64,000 bases of DNA, from the NCBI GenBank assembly GCA_002293725.1, contig DBDU01000019.1:11792-75791 (forward strand), written 5' to 3'. The notes beneath the pieces are model-generated. The model was not told the DNA's origin and made no database searches. It saw only the letters and a list, made by a program, of their open reading frames with translations. Positions 1 to 8,417 of this stretch are shown piece by piece (within the stretch, counting starts at the first letter, position 1; each line of letters opens with the position of its first letter). The position numbers were made by a program, and so were the translations under genes. This stretch comes from Patescibacteria group bacterium UBA924 (GTDB lineage: Bacteria; Patescibacteriota; Microgenomatia; UBA1400; PJMF01).

Positions 1-1727
1 TGGGCGATGTACTCAGAGATAAATTGAGCAGGATAGTTTTTATCAAACCACTCTTTGTTTTCAAATGGATAGTGAACCGCTGCAAACGGCATGCTGCCAC
101 TCTCTACCCAACAGTCAAAGACTTCAAAAATGCGTTTACCTTTCACTGTCTTAGCATCGTCCACCCAGACTTCAATATCATCGAGAAACTCACGGTGAAT
201 GTCTGTTAAAGCGTCCACCTGGCTAGGATCGACTGCCCACTTCTTCAACTCTGCCAGCGAGCCGATCACTCGGTAGGTTGAAGAGAGCTTTCCTTTTTCG
301 GTAGGTGCTTGCCAGACTGGCATTGGGGTTCCCCAATAGCGAGAGCGAGAGATGTTCCAGTCAGGAGCGGTCTCTAGTCCTTTGCCAAAACGACCGTGCT
401 TTAAGTAATCAGGGAACCAGTTGATATCTTGGTTCGTTTCGATCAGTCGTTGCTTGAGCTGTTGAACGTTAATAAACCAGGCTGGCACGGCGTTGTAGTA
501 CAGCGGTGTGCCACATCGATAACAGAAAGGGTACGAGTGAGTGTACTTCTCTGCTTTGTACACTAAGCCGCGGTGCGCTAAGTCATCTATCAGGATCTGT
601 TCTGCCTTTTTGTAAAACATGCCAGCCACTGGGGTGACGAACTCAAAAAACTTACCTTCGTCATCTAAAGTCGGAACGCATGGTAACTCTTTCTTTTGCG
701 CCAGGGCGTAGTCATCTTCACCATAGATTGCCGCAGTGTGCACGATTCCAGTACCGTCTTCCAAGCTGACAAAGTCGGCGGTCATGACATAGTGAGCTTT
801 TTTGCCATCTAGCGGCATGTACGTAAATAGTGGTTCGTACTCTAAGCCGTCCAGCTCACTCCCCTTCACGGTTTTGAGTACTTCGGGATGATGAATCTGC
901 TGCATCTTTGCCAGCTCAGCGACTTTTTCTTTCGCAACCCAGTACTTTTCATTACCAACTGTAAACAAGGAGTACTCCGCGTCAGGTAAGACTGCTAAGC
1001 CTACGTTCCCCGGAAGCGTCCAGGGTGTCGTCGTCCATGCTAAAAAGAACTCGTCATTGGTATCTTTGCGTTTAAACTTGACATAGACAGAGTTGTCTTC
1101 GACATCTTTGTATGAGTTGTCCATCGCAATCTCAAAGTTGGACAGCGGAGTGGCACAGCGAGGACAGTACAGTACCACTTTGCGTCCTTGGTAGACGTGA
1201 TCGTTTTCGCACAATTTGGAGAAACCCCACCAGACTGATTCCATGTAATTTTTATCCATGGTTTTATAGGAGTTTTTGAAGTCGACCCAACGACCGATGC
1301 GGCGGATGATCACTTCCCAATCTTTATCAAAGCGCAAGATTGCTGCGCGGCAGGCAGCGTTGAAGTTAGCAATGCCAAACTTTTCGATCCCTTTTTTGCC
1401 ACCTTTGAGCTCTAGCTCGCCTTCGATCATGTTCTCGATTGGCAAACCATGACAGTCCCAGCCCCAGACGCGTTCGACGCGGTAACCTTTCATGGTCCAG
1501 TAACGAGGAATGACATCTTTAGTAGTAGAGGCCAAGATGTGACCGTAGTGTGGTAGACCAGTTGCGAATGGAGGTCCGTCATAGAATACGTACGCTTTAT
1601 CAGCAGGACGTTGCTCTACGGATTTACGAAACGTATTATCGGCATCCCAATAGTTTGCGATCTCTTCTTCCAGTTGTGGGAAGTTAGGAGTTTTAGCAAA
1701 GTCGAGGTTGCGTGCTGTTTTTGACAT
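1..1727 (-). CDS. ileS: Isoleucine--tRNA ligase, type 2 (IleRS2); 5' part, runs off the window
   Basis: Not in the ORF track. Manual translation from ATG 1727 gives MSKTARNLDFAKTPNFPQLEEEIANYW...FYDGPPFATGLPHYGHIL...GWDCHGLP...WNISRSRYWGTP...WVESGSMPF; AAAGGA upstream. Confidence 0.97.
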   Translation of the reverse strand, partial: MSKTARNLDFAKTPNFPQLEEEIANYWDADNTFRKSVEQRPADKAYVFYDGPPFATGLPHYGHILASTTKDVIPRYWTMKGYRVERVWGWDCHGLPIENMIEGELELKGGKKGIEKFGIANFNAACRAAILRFDKDWEVIIRRIGRWVDFKNSYKTMDKNYMESVWWGFSKLCENDHVYQGRKVVLYCPRCATPLSNFEIAMDNSYKDVEDNSVYVKFKRKDTNDEFFLAWTTTPWTLPGNVGLAVLPDAEYSLFTVGNEKYWVAKEKVAELAKMQQIHHPEVLKTVKGSELDGLEYEPLFTYMPLDGKKAHYVMTADFVSLEDGTGIVHTAAIYGEDDYALAQKKELPCVPTLDDEGKFFEFVTPVAGMFYKKAEQILIDDLAHRGLVYKAEKYTHSYPFCYRCGTPLYYNAVPAWFINVQQLKQRLIETNQDINWFPDYLKHGRFGKGLETAPDWNISRSRYWGTPMPVWQAPTEKGKLSSTYRVIGSLAELKKWAVDPSQVDALTDIHREFLDDIEVWVDDAKTVKGKRIFEVFDCWVESGSMPFAAVHYPFENKEWFDKNYPAQFISEYIA

Positions 1728-1760
1728 CTTTCCTTTTGGCGGTTAGCCGCCAGATTCCAT

Positions 1761-1806
1761 AAAAAAACCTGATCACAATTCAGAAATATTCTGAACGATG
1801 ATCAGG
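1761..1806 (-). terminator. Intrinsic terminator of the T-box expression platform
   Basis: CCUGAUCA-uc-GUUCAGAA-uau-UUCUGAAU-ug-UGAUCAGG followed by U7; the 5' arm overlaps the antiterminator 3' strand. Confidence 0.9.
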
Positions 1807-1936
1807 CTTCTTGGCAGAAAGGTACCAACCTGGTGTGCTTACTTCCAGCTGTTACGGGCTTACCCGGAAAAATTTACTAAGATAGTTAGCTATCGGTTCT
1901 CTTTTCGCCTCGTGTAGTGATGGCTACACTCAAGCG
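1761..1936 (-). ncRNA. T-box riboswitch (Ile, AUC specifier) leader of ileS
   Basis: Minus strand: GA-GUGUAG-ccAUCa-CUACAC-GA short Stem I; Stem II GAAC...AGUA S-turn; CGGGUAAGCCCGUAACAGCU (IIA/B); antiterminator CAGGU-UGGUACC-UUUCU/AGAAG-CCUG. Confidence 0.9.
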
Positions 1937-1956
1937 GCTGTGCGATCTGTACGTCT

Positions 1957-1985
1957 ATTTTACTGCCTTTCATTGATTTTGACAG
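1957..1985 (-). promoter_or_regulatory. Putative sigma70 promoter of the T-box/ileS leader
   Basis: CTGTCA-17 nt-TAAAAT ending about 20 nt upstream of Stem I. Confidence 0.5.
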
Positions 1986-2112
1986 TACGACTTTCAAGGA
2001 GTTGCGGCAGACTTATCTCTATCTATCTATATCAAAAACTATCAATCAACATCGGTGACTGCTAAATATACTCGAGTAAAACTTAGACTGATCAGTCCAG
2101 ATAAATAGAATC

Positions 2113-2616
2113 TCAATTGGAATTTTTGCGTCGGGCTTCTCTCTTTTCCTCGATCATGTACGTTCCTACCCAGGCAATTACGAAACACAGTCCAAGGAGA
2201 TAAGCTGCCAAACCTGAGTGCAGAACGACGTGTTCTTTGGTGGTGCCAAGAGTTAAACCAGGAACAGACTTTGGTGGTTGTTTGCCGTATGACCAAGTTC
2301 CCACCGTACCACAGGCAGGAAGAAATAAGCTCATTCGGTGGAAGTAGTAGCCGGTATCTGTTTCGTGGCTTTCTCGTTTCACTCTGCAGTAGACCGCAGC
2401 ATGACTGGCGGTGAACCAAAAGATAAACACGATTGGAATAAAGGCGATCAAGATGGTTAGCCATTTTTTTACTAAAAATACAACCAACTTGCGTGGAGAT
2501 GGGTTAACGGAAAGGTAAAAGCCATTTAACACACAGTACGATGCTACAACGGCACACAAAACAAACAGAAAAGTAATCAAAATAAAGAATGGTCCAATGT
2601 TTGGTTCACTATTCAT
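2113..2616 (-). CDS. Hypothetical membrane protein (about 3 TM)
   Basis: 167-aa ORF with three hydrophobic segments and a basic C-terminus, 15 nt downstream of ftsZ; no family recognised. Confidence 0.6.
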   Translation of the reverse strand: MNSEPNIGPFFILITFLFVLCAVVASYCVLNGFYLSVNPSPRKLVVFLVKKWLTILIAFIPIVFIFWFTASHAAVYCRVKRESHETDTGYYFHRMSLFLPACGTVGTWSYGKQPPKSVPGLTLGTTKEHVVLHSGLAAYLLGLCFVIAWVGTYMIEEKREARRKNSN

Positions 2617-2631
2617 GCAGGCAAGCAGCCT

Positions 2632-3954
2632 TTATTTTTTATTTCGCAAAAAGGCTGGTATGTCGAACTCATCCTCAAACTCATTGGCGCCTCCCACCTG
2701 TGAGACTGGTAACGGTGTGGTGCCAGTATCATCTGTGGTCGGAGATTGTGGTTGTGAAGGTGGTGTCGCAGGGCTGCTCCCAAATCCACCTGAAAAAAGT
2801 GATGGTTTAGGTTGGTCAGCACCACTAATCTGTGAAGTGGTCTGGGGCTGAGTGAAAGAGGTTGGGGCTCGATCGATCTTTGTGGGCGTTGGTGGTGTAG
2901 ATTCAGTGGGGGCTGGGCGATCTTTGGCTAGACGCGTAGCTGACTCACGCGAAAACGCTCCAAAGTACGGTCTTGTGCTTGATGCATATCCAAGCTGTTT
3001 CTCATCGAATCCAGTCGCGATAACGCTGATCTTGATCGTTGAGCCCATGTTCTCGTCAATAGTCGCACCGAAGATGACGTTGGCATCTGGGGCGGCAGCG
3101 GCCGCAATAATAGCCGACGCATCCGAGACTTCGCTCATCGACATGTCATTGCCACCGGTGATGTTGTAGAGAATTCCGCGAGCACCATCGATGGAAACTT
3201 CTAAGAGTGGTGAAGAGATAGCCATTCTAGCAGCTGTAGCAGCCCGGTTCTCACCGCTGGCTTGGCCAATACCCATCAAGGCAGAGCCTGAGTCGGCCAT
3301 GATAGTTTTGACGTCAGCGAAGTCGACATTAATTAACCCTGGAATAGTGATTAAGTCAGAGATACCTTGGACACCTTGACCAAGAACGTTATCAGCCAAG
3401 CGGAACGCGTCGATTAAAGTCATTTTTTTATCGACGACATCCATCAAGCGTTGGTTAGGAATGACGATTAAAGTATCGACGTTATCTTTAAGTAGCTCGA
3501 TGCCCTCTTCGGCAGACTGCATCCGACGAATGCCTTCAAAGGAGAATGGTTTGGTGACGACGGCCACCGTTAAAGCACCAGATTCTTTAGCAATTTCGGC
3601 TACGATTGGTGAAGCACCGGTTCCCGTACCACCACCCATACCGGCTGTAATAAAGACCATGTCAGAGTCATAGAGGAGATCTTTTAGTTTCTCTCTACTC
3701 TCTTCGGCAGCCGTGCGACCGACTTCGGGATCGGCACCTGAGCCTAAACCTTTAGTGAAGTTACTGCCAATCTGAACTTTAGTATCTGCTTGGGAAGATA
3801 AAAGGGCTTGTGCATCAGTGTTAATCGTGATGAACTCCACTCCCTGAATCTGGTTGGAGCTGATCATGGAGTTGACTGCGTTGCCGCCGCCGCCACCCAC
3901 GCCAACTACTTTAATTTTAGCGAACGTGGTATTTGTCGGTTTGACCAAACCCAT
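2632..3954 (-). CDS. ftsZ: Cell division protein FtsZ
   Basis: [17 protein letters not shown] signature, C-terminal [10 protein letters not shown]; SD AAGGAG. Confidence 0.99.
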   Translation of the reverse strand: MGLVKPTNTTFAKIKVVGVGGGGGNAVNSMISSNQIQGVEFITINTDAQALLSSQADTKVQIGSNFTKGLGSGADPEVGRTAAEESREKLKDLLYDSDMVFITAGMGGGTGTGASPIVAEIAKESGALTVAVVTKPFSFEGIRRMQSAEEGIELLKDNVDTLIVIPNQRLMDVVDKKMTLIDAFRLADNVLGQGVQGISDLITIPGLINVDFADVKTIMADSGSALMGIGQASGENRAATAARMAISSPLLEVSIDGARGILYNITGGNDMSMSEVSDASAIIAAAAAPDANVIFGATIDENMGSTIKISVIATGFDEKQLGYASSTRPYFGAFSRESATRLAKDRPAPTESTPPTPTKIDRAPTSFTQPQTTSQISGADQPKPSLFSGGFGSSPATPPSQPQSPTTDDTGTTPLPVSQVGGANEFEDEFDIPAFLRNKK

Positions 3955-3983
3955 TGCACTCCTTTACGACTTCTGTGGCCTGT

Positions 3984-4011
3984 AGTCTACCACCTCTGTC
4001 ACCTTTCGCAA
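3984..4011 (-). promoter_or_regulatory. Putative ftsZ-specific promoter
   Basis: TTGCGA-16 nt-TAGACT with extended TGn (TGGTAGACT) in the ftsA-ftsZ gap. Confidence 0.5.
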
Positions 4012-4025
4012 CACTCGGCGGTACC

Positions 4026-5336
4026 TCAAGGGAGGAAAGACTTGACTAGTTTAACAACCTGGTTGCCAAGATCCTGTACATTGATTTTTTTGAAGTACTC
4101 TCCAATTGGCATCGACTGAGCAGCTGGCTTACCTGTTGAACGCTTCGCCGCGTAAATGAGCAGCCCGATGCTGGTGGCATAGGAGGGTTTTTGAATATCA
4201 TCGACTAAACCGCGCAGTTCTGTTGGCTTACCTACACGAGCCGGCAAGTTGAGTGTGCGCTTGGCAACTTCAACAATTCCCACTGTCTCTGCTCCACCGC
4301 CTGATAGAACCACCCCGGCGGGAACACCAGCCACTAAGTGATGTTTTTGTAGCTCGGCCAAAATCAAACTGAACATCTCTTTCATTCGTGGCAGCATGAT
4401 GCCTTCAACGATGGTGCGTTTGGATAACGGCTCAGTCTGTTCGTAGATGCCTAGCTTTTGTAGATCCAGCTCATCTTCTTGTTTTTGACGTTTGCGAAAC
4501 TCTTCTTTGGACTCGCCAGGTCGAGGTTTGAGGTTGAAGAGTGGGTCTTGTGCCAAAGCGATCTTGAGCTTCTCTGCACTGTCCAAGCTCATCCGACATC
4601 CTAGGGCGATATCTTGAGTAATGTGACGAGCGCCAATTGGTAGAACACCAGAGTACTGAAGAGCTCCTTCTACATAGGCACAAACAGATGTCGAGCCAGC
4701 CCCAATATCTACTAAGACTACTCCCAGCTCTTTCTCTGTTTCTGAGAGCATGACTTCGGCGGCGGCTAAGCCGGAAAAAACAAAGCCATCAAGCTGTAGG
4801 CCGAGATCTTGGACGATCTTGGCCAAGTTGCGCAAGGCTGGACTTTGGCCGGTAATGATGTGAGCTTCTGCTTCCAACCGCACTCCTGTCATGCCAACAG
4901 GATCTTTGATACCAGTTTGTGAGTCGACGGCAAAGTCGCGTGGGATAACATGAACGATCTCACGGGCTGAAGGCAAAGAAATAGCACGGGCAGCTTCCAG
5001 CACACGATCAACGTCTTCAGGTGTAATCTCTTGCGTTGGCGCCGCTACGGCCACCACGCCTTTGGAGTTTTGTGAAGAGATATTAGCGCCAGAAATGGAG
5101 ATGGTAACTGATTTTACTTCGAGCCCTGCCATACGTTCGGCAGCATCCACACTAGCGGTCATCGTTTCTAAGACGTCTTCTAAATCAACGATCTGACTTT
5201 TGCGCATTCCTTTAGAAGGAACGGCGGCTACGCCAAGCACTTGCAAAGCGTTTGTTTCTGGGTCTTGAGAACCAATCAACGTGACGCACTTATCTGTACC
5301 AAGATCGATCACGCAAAGTGGGCTAGGTCGTAACAT
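4026..5336 (-). CDS. ftsA: Cell division protein FtsA
   Basis: IDLGTDK, DPVGMTGVRLE, VDIGAGST, LSGGGA actin-fold motifs; adjacent to ftsZ. Confidence 0.97.
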   Translation of the reverse strand: MLRPSPLCVIDLGTDKCVTLIGSQDPETNALQVLGVAAVPSKGMRKSQIVDLEDVLETMTASVDAAERMAGLEVKSVTISISGANISSQNSKGVVAVAAPTQEITPEDVDRVLEAARAISLPSAREIVHVIPRDFAVDSQTGIKDPVGMTGVRLEAEAHIITGQSPALRNLAKIVQDLGLQLDGFVFSGLAAAEVMLSETEKELGVVLVDIGAGSTSVCAYVEGALQYSGVLPIGARHITQDIALGCRMSLDSAEKLKIALAQDPLFNLKPRPGESKEEFRKRQKQEDELDLQKLGIYEQTEPLSKRTIVEGIMLPRMKEMFSLILAELQKHHLVAGVPAGVVLSGGGAETVGIVEVAKRTLNLPARVGKPTELRGLVDDIQKPSYATSIGLLIYAAKRSTGKPAAQSMPIGEYFKKINVQDLGNQVVKLVKSFLP

Positions 5337-5406
5337 ACTGTATTTACCCTATCATAATTTGACGGTCTTAAGGATAGCAAACTTGGGGTACTGGTTGCAA
5401 AGGGAT

Positions 5407-6159
5407 TCAGCGTGATATGACAGCCGCGGCGGAGGCACTGCTTGAATAGTTCCGCAGAATCACTTGGCTGAACCTCAAGTCGATTTCCGGGATCGTTTCT
5501 TTGAATGTACTAAAATCGAAGTGTTTGAGCAAGTAGGATAGCTTTGCTAACTGTTGTGGCGCTTCTTCAAGCATAAAGTACGCTGTCTTGCCGTTGGGGA
5601 GCTGCAAAGCTGCTTCACTAGGTGAAAGCAAGATGAACTGTGCATCAAGTAATCCTTGTGCTTCCAAGGTAGAAAAAGCGGTAAGGAGCTCGTCATGTAA
5701 TGTTGACTCAATTTTTTCGCGAGTGTTAGGTAAGAACTGAATACCTTCACTTGCGTAAACGACTGGAAAAGTATCATCAGGGTTGGCGAGTCGAATAACA
5801 TAGCCAGCATCATCTACTACCCAGAGTTGACCACTTGGTTCCGCATAGCGATAGCGCGGTTCGGCAGAAAAAAAGGTAATGTGAATCGTATCCGGGAACT
5901 CTTTACTCAACTCGAATCGAGCCAAAAAAGGAGTTAAACGAGTGATCTGTTCACCTACGTCATAAAAGTCGCTAAAAAAAAGTGACTTTCCGAGGTGAGA
6001 GTTGAGCTCAGCTTGAACATAATCAGGACACTCGCCGACGTCAGTTTGACAGGTGATCGTCCGAACGGTGAAGAGTTTGGTTTGGTGAAACACCATGATG
6101 GTGATAACAACCAAGATAACTAGAAACAACGGAAAGACTGTCCGCCAGCCTAATTTCAT
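5407..6159 (-). CDS. ftsQ: Cell division protein FtsQ/DivIB
   Basis: N-terminal TM, POTRA-like region (KEFPDTIHI), C-terminal IDLRF; between murG and ftsA; ATG 6159 preferred over TTG 6165. Confidence 0.8.
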   Translation of the reverse strand: MKLGWRTVFPLFLVILVVITIMVFHQTKLFTVRTITCQTDVGECPDYVQAELNSHLGKSLFFSDFYDVGEQITRLTPFLARFELSKEFPDTIHITFFSAEPRYRYAEPSGQLWVVDDAGYVIRLANPDDTFPVVYASEGIQFLPNTREKIESTLHDELLTAFSTLEAQGLLDAQFILLSPSEAALQLPNGKTAYFMLEEAPQQLAKLSYLLKHFDFSTFKETIPEIDLRFSQVILRNYSSSASAAAVISR

Positions 6160-6182
6160 AGACAACAGTGTACGCTACTTCT

Positions 6183-7313
6183 TCAGGTTTGGGCTACAGA
6201 TTGTGCCAACTCATACAGTTTGGCGGTAGGATTTTCTGGGATAGCTTCTTGAAGGGAGACAGCGTGACGCTTTAAGGCTTTATGTTTCTTCTTCATGATT
6301 TTGAGAGCATCAATGAGGGTCTCGGCAGAAGCCTCGCGCTGAGACAGAATTAAGCCGGCGCCAGCATCAGCCATCACCTCGGCATTTAAGCGCTGTTCAT
6401 CATGATGTGCTTGCGGTAAAGGAATAAAGAGGGCGGGTAATCCTACTGCAATCAGCTCACTAACCGTATTTGCGCCGGAGCGGGTCAATACTGAGCTGGC
6501 ATGCTGATAGATCCAAGACAGCTCTTCTTCTGTTACCCACTCGCGGACAAAGTAGAGGTGCTGTTGGGCTATTGGGAGATTACTGCGCGTTTTCTCGAGA
6601 CTCTTTTTATAGTTCATCAAGTTGGTAGGGCTACCACATTGGTGAATAATCCACCAATCTTCTAAAAGACTAGGAAGCGCTTCTTGAACTAAGATATTAA
6701 TGCACTGTGAGCCTTGGTTGCCTCCGGTGATGTAAAGCAAGGGCTTAGTTGGCATAGCAGATGGTAGCCAGGCAGGTGTCTTCGGTTTAGCCGTAAAGAG
6801 TGACTGGCGGAGAGGATTTCCGGTGAAGCGTACTTTCTTGGCAGGAAAGTACTTTTCAGATTCGGGAAAGCTAATGGCAACCGCTGTAGCAAACTTAGAG
6901 ATCCACTGATTTGCTACGCCACCGGTACGAGTCTGTTCATGAGTTAAAACAGGAATGCCCATCGTTTTGGCGGCAATCGCAAAAGGGAGTCCCAGGAAAC
7001 CACCAAAACTAAAGAAGAGGTCTGGCTTGTACTTGGCTAAAAGTTGACGACTACGGTGAATGGCAGCCAACAGGTCTATGAACGTGAGTGGTAACTTCCA
7101 GACTGGTTGTCCATCAAGCTTGGGGGCGTTAAACGGAACAAACGTGACTCCACGTTTGCTGACTTCCTGTTTTTCCCAGCTGCGTTGTTTCAAAGTTGGT
7201 TGAGAGTAAATACGTCCAGCGAAGATAAACTGATCATCTGGGAAGTGTTGCCGAGCATAATCAATCACTGCTAAAGCGGGAGTAAGGTGCCCACCTGAAA
7301 TTAATACTTTCAT
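6183..7313 (-). CDS. murG: Lipid II GlcNAc transferase MurG
   Basis: SGGHLTPA, HEQT, TGNPLR, GGNQGS, RSGANT, EQRLNA; start at MKVLIS. Confidence 0.95.
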   Translation of the reverse strand: MKVLISGGHLTPALAVIDYARQHFPDDQFIFAGRIYSQPTLKQRSWEKQEVSKRGVTFVPFNAPKLDGQPVWKLPLTFIDLLAAIHRSRQLLAKYKPDLFFSFGGFLGLPFAIAAKTMGIPVLTHEQTRTGGVANQWISKFATAVAISFPESEKYFPAKKVRFTGNPLRQSLFTAKPKTPAWLPSAMPTKPLLYITGGNQGSQCINILVQEALPSLLEDWWIIHQCGSPTNLMNYKKSLEKTRSNLPIAQQHLYFVREWVTEEELSWIYQHASSVLTRSGANTVSELIAVGLPALFIPLPQAHHDEQRLNAEVMADAGAGLILSQREASAETLIDALKIMKKKHKALKRHAVSLQEAIPENPTAKLYELAQSVAQT

Positions 7314-7314
7314 C

Positions 7315-8409
7315 TTACGTCTGTCCCCCTGAGTGTTTCTTGCCGATCCCAATCAAGATTCCTACCACGGATAATACCATCACCAGAGAAGTTCCCCCAA
7401 ACGAAAAGAAAGGTAGTGGTACGCCGGTTAATGGAACGAGTGCGACTACAGCTGAAAGATTAAGCACGATCTGCATTCCTAGCCAGATTAAGATGCCATG
7501 GGCAAGTAAGTGGTCGTACGTAGCTGGTTCTGTCTTACGACAGATTTGATGAGCAAGTTTGAGAAATAAGGCGAACAGCAAGATAATCCCCAAACAACCC
7601 AAAAAACCAACTTCCTCTGCCACGATTGAAAAGATCGAGTCGGTACTTGCTTCAGGAATGTAGTTGAACTTTTGCCGCGAGTTACCAATTCCTTGACCAA
7701 TCAGGCCTCCGTTCCCCAGCGCAATGATAATTTGGCGAATGTGAAAACTAGCACCTAGTGGGTCAGACTCGGGATCTAGAAAAGTGGTTAGACGACGCAT
7801 CCGGTAGGGGGAGGTCAAAATTAAGAGCAGTAGTAAGCCAACTCCCGCTCCCCCAGTAGCAAAGAAAGTCTTCCATGGGGCACCAGCTAAAAAGTACAGC
7901 CCAAAAGCGATCGAGATGACAATTAAGGCTGAACCCATGTCTGGTTGAAGGAAGAGTAAGGCCACAGGCAAGCCAGTCAAAAAGAGAAACGGTGGTAACT
8001 TTTGGTGGCGTTCCATCCAGTTTGCAAAAAAAATAATCATGGCAAACTTGACCACTTCGACTGGTTGAAAGCTAAAGCCAGCAATCCCAATCCACCTGCG
8101 AGCTCCATTGACCTCAAATCCTAACCCTGGAATGAAGACCATGATTAATAAAATAATGCTCAAGGCGTACATCAATGGCGAAATTTTCTTCCAAAAAGAA
8201 GTCGGAATAAACGTGCCAACTACTAAACCAACTAGACCTATTCCAAAAGAGATGACTTGTTCCCTGACAAAGTAAAACTGGTTTCCAAAACTAGAGAAAG
8301 CTTCTGCAACCGACGCTTCAAAAACAAACAAGATGCCGATGACGCATAAAATACACGTCAAGAGAAAAAGGCTCCATTCCAGACTAAAGGCAGGGCGGCG
8401 TAGTTTCAT
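7315..8409 (-). CDS. ftsW: SEDS peptidoglycan polymerase FtsW
   Basis: NGARRWI, QPVE, QPDMG, PEASTD, GVPLPFFSFGG; start at MKLRRP. Confidence 0.95.
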   Translation of the reverse strand: MKLRRPAFSLEWSLFLLTCILCVIGILFVFEASVAEAFSSFGNQFYFVREQVISFGIGLVGLVVGTFIPTSFWKKISPLMYALSIILLIMVFIPGLGFEVNGARRWIGIAGFSFQPVEVVKFAMIIFFANWMERHQKLPPFLFLTGLPVALLFLQPDMGSALIVISIAFGLYFLAGAPWKTFFATGGAGVGLLLLLILTSPYRMRRLTTFLDPESDPLGASFHIRQIIIALGNGGLIGQGIGNSRQKFNYIPEASTDSIFSIVAEEVGFLGCLGIILLFALFLKLAHQICRKTEPATYDHLLAHGILIWLGMQIVLNLSAVVALVPLTGVPLPFFSFGGTSLVMVLSVVGILIGIGKKHSGGQT

Positions 8410-8417
8410 ACAAGGAC

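Noticed and set aside
24-209. Plus-strand 61-aa ORF and the many other short antisense or nested ORFs in the track
   Set aside because: They are shadows of well-supported genes (this one is antisense to ileS) and show no motifs
1943-1947. Second AUC (AGAUCG) upstream of Stem I as an alternative specifier
   Set aside because: Not in a GA-flanked stem loop; AUC at 1921-1919 fits the ultra-short Stem I geometry
2013-2053. TATC/ATC-rich microsatellite-like stretch
   Set aside because: Short, imperfect and intergenic; no spacer structure or evidence of phase variation
2042-2464. Alternative 140-aa minus-strand ORF
   Set aside because: Overlaps 2113-2616 in another frame; the latter has coherent TM segments and better spacing to ftsZ
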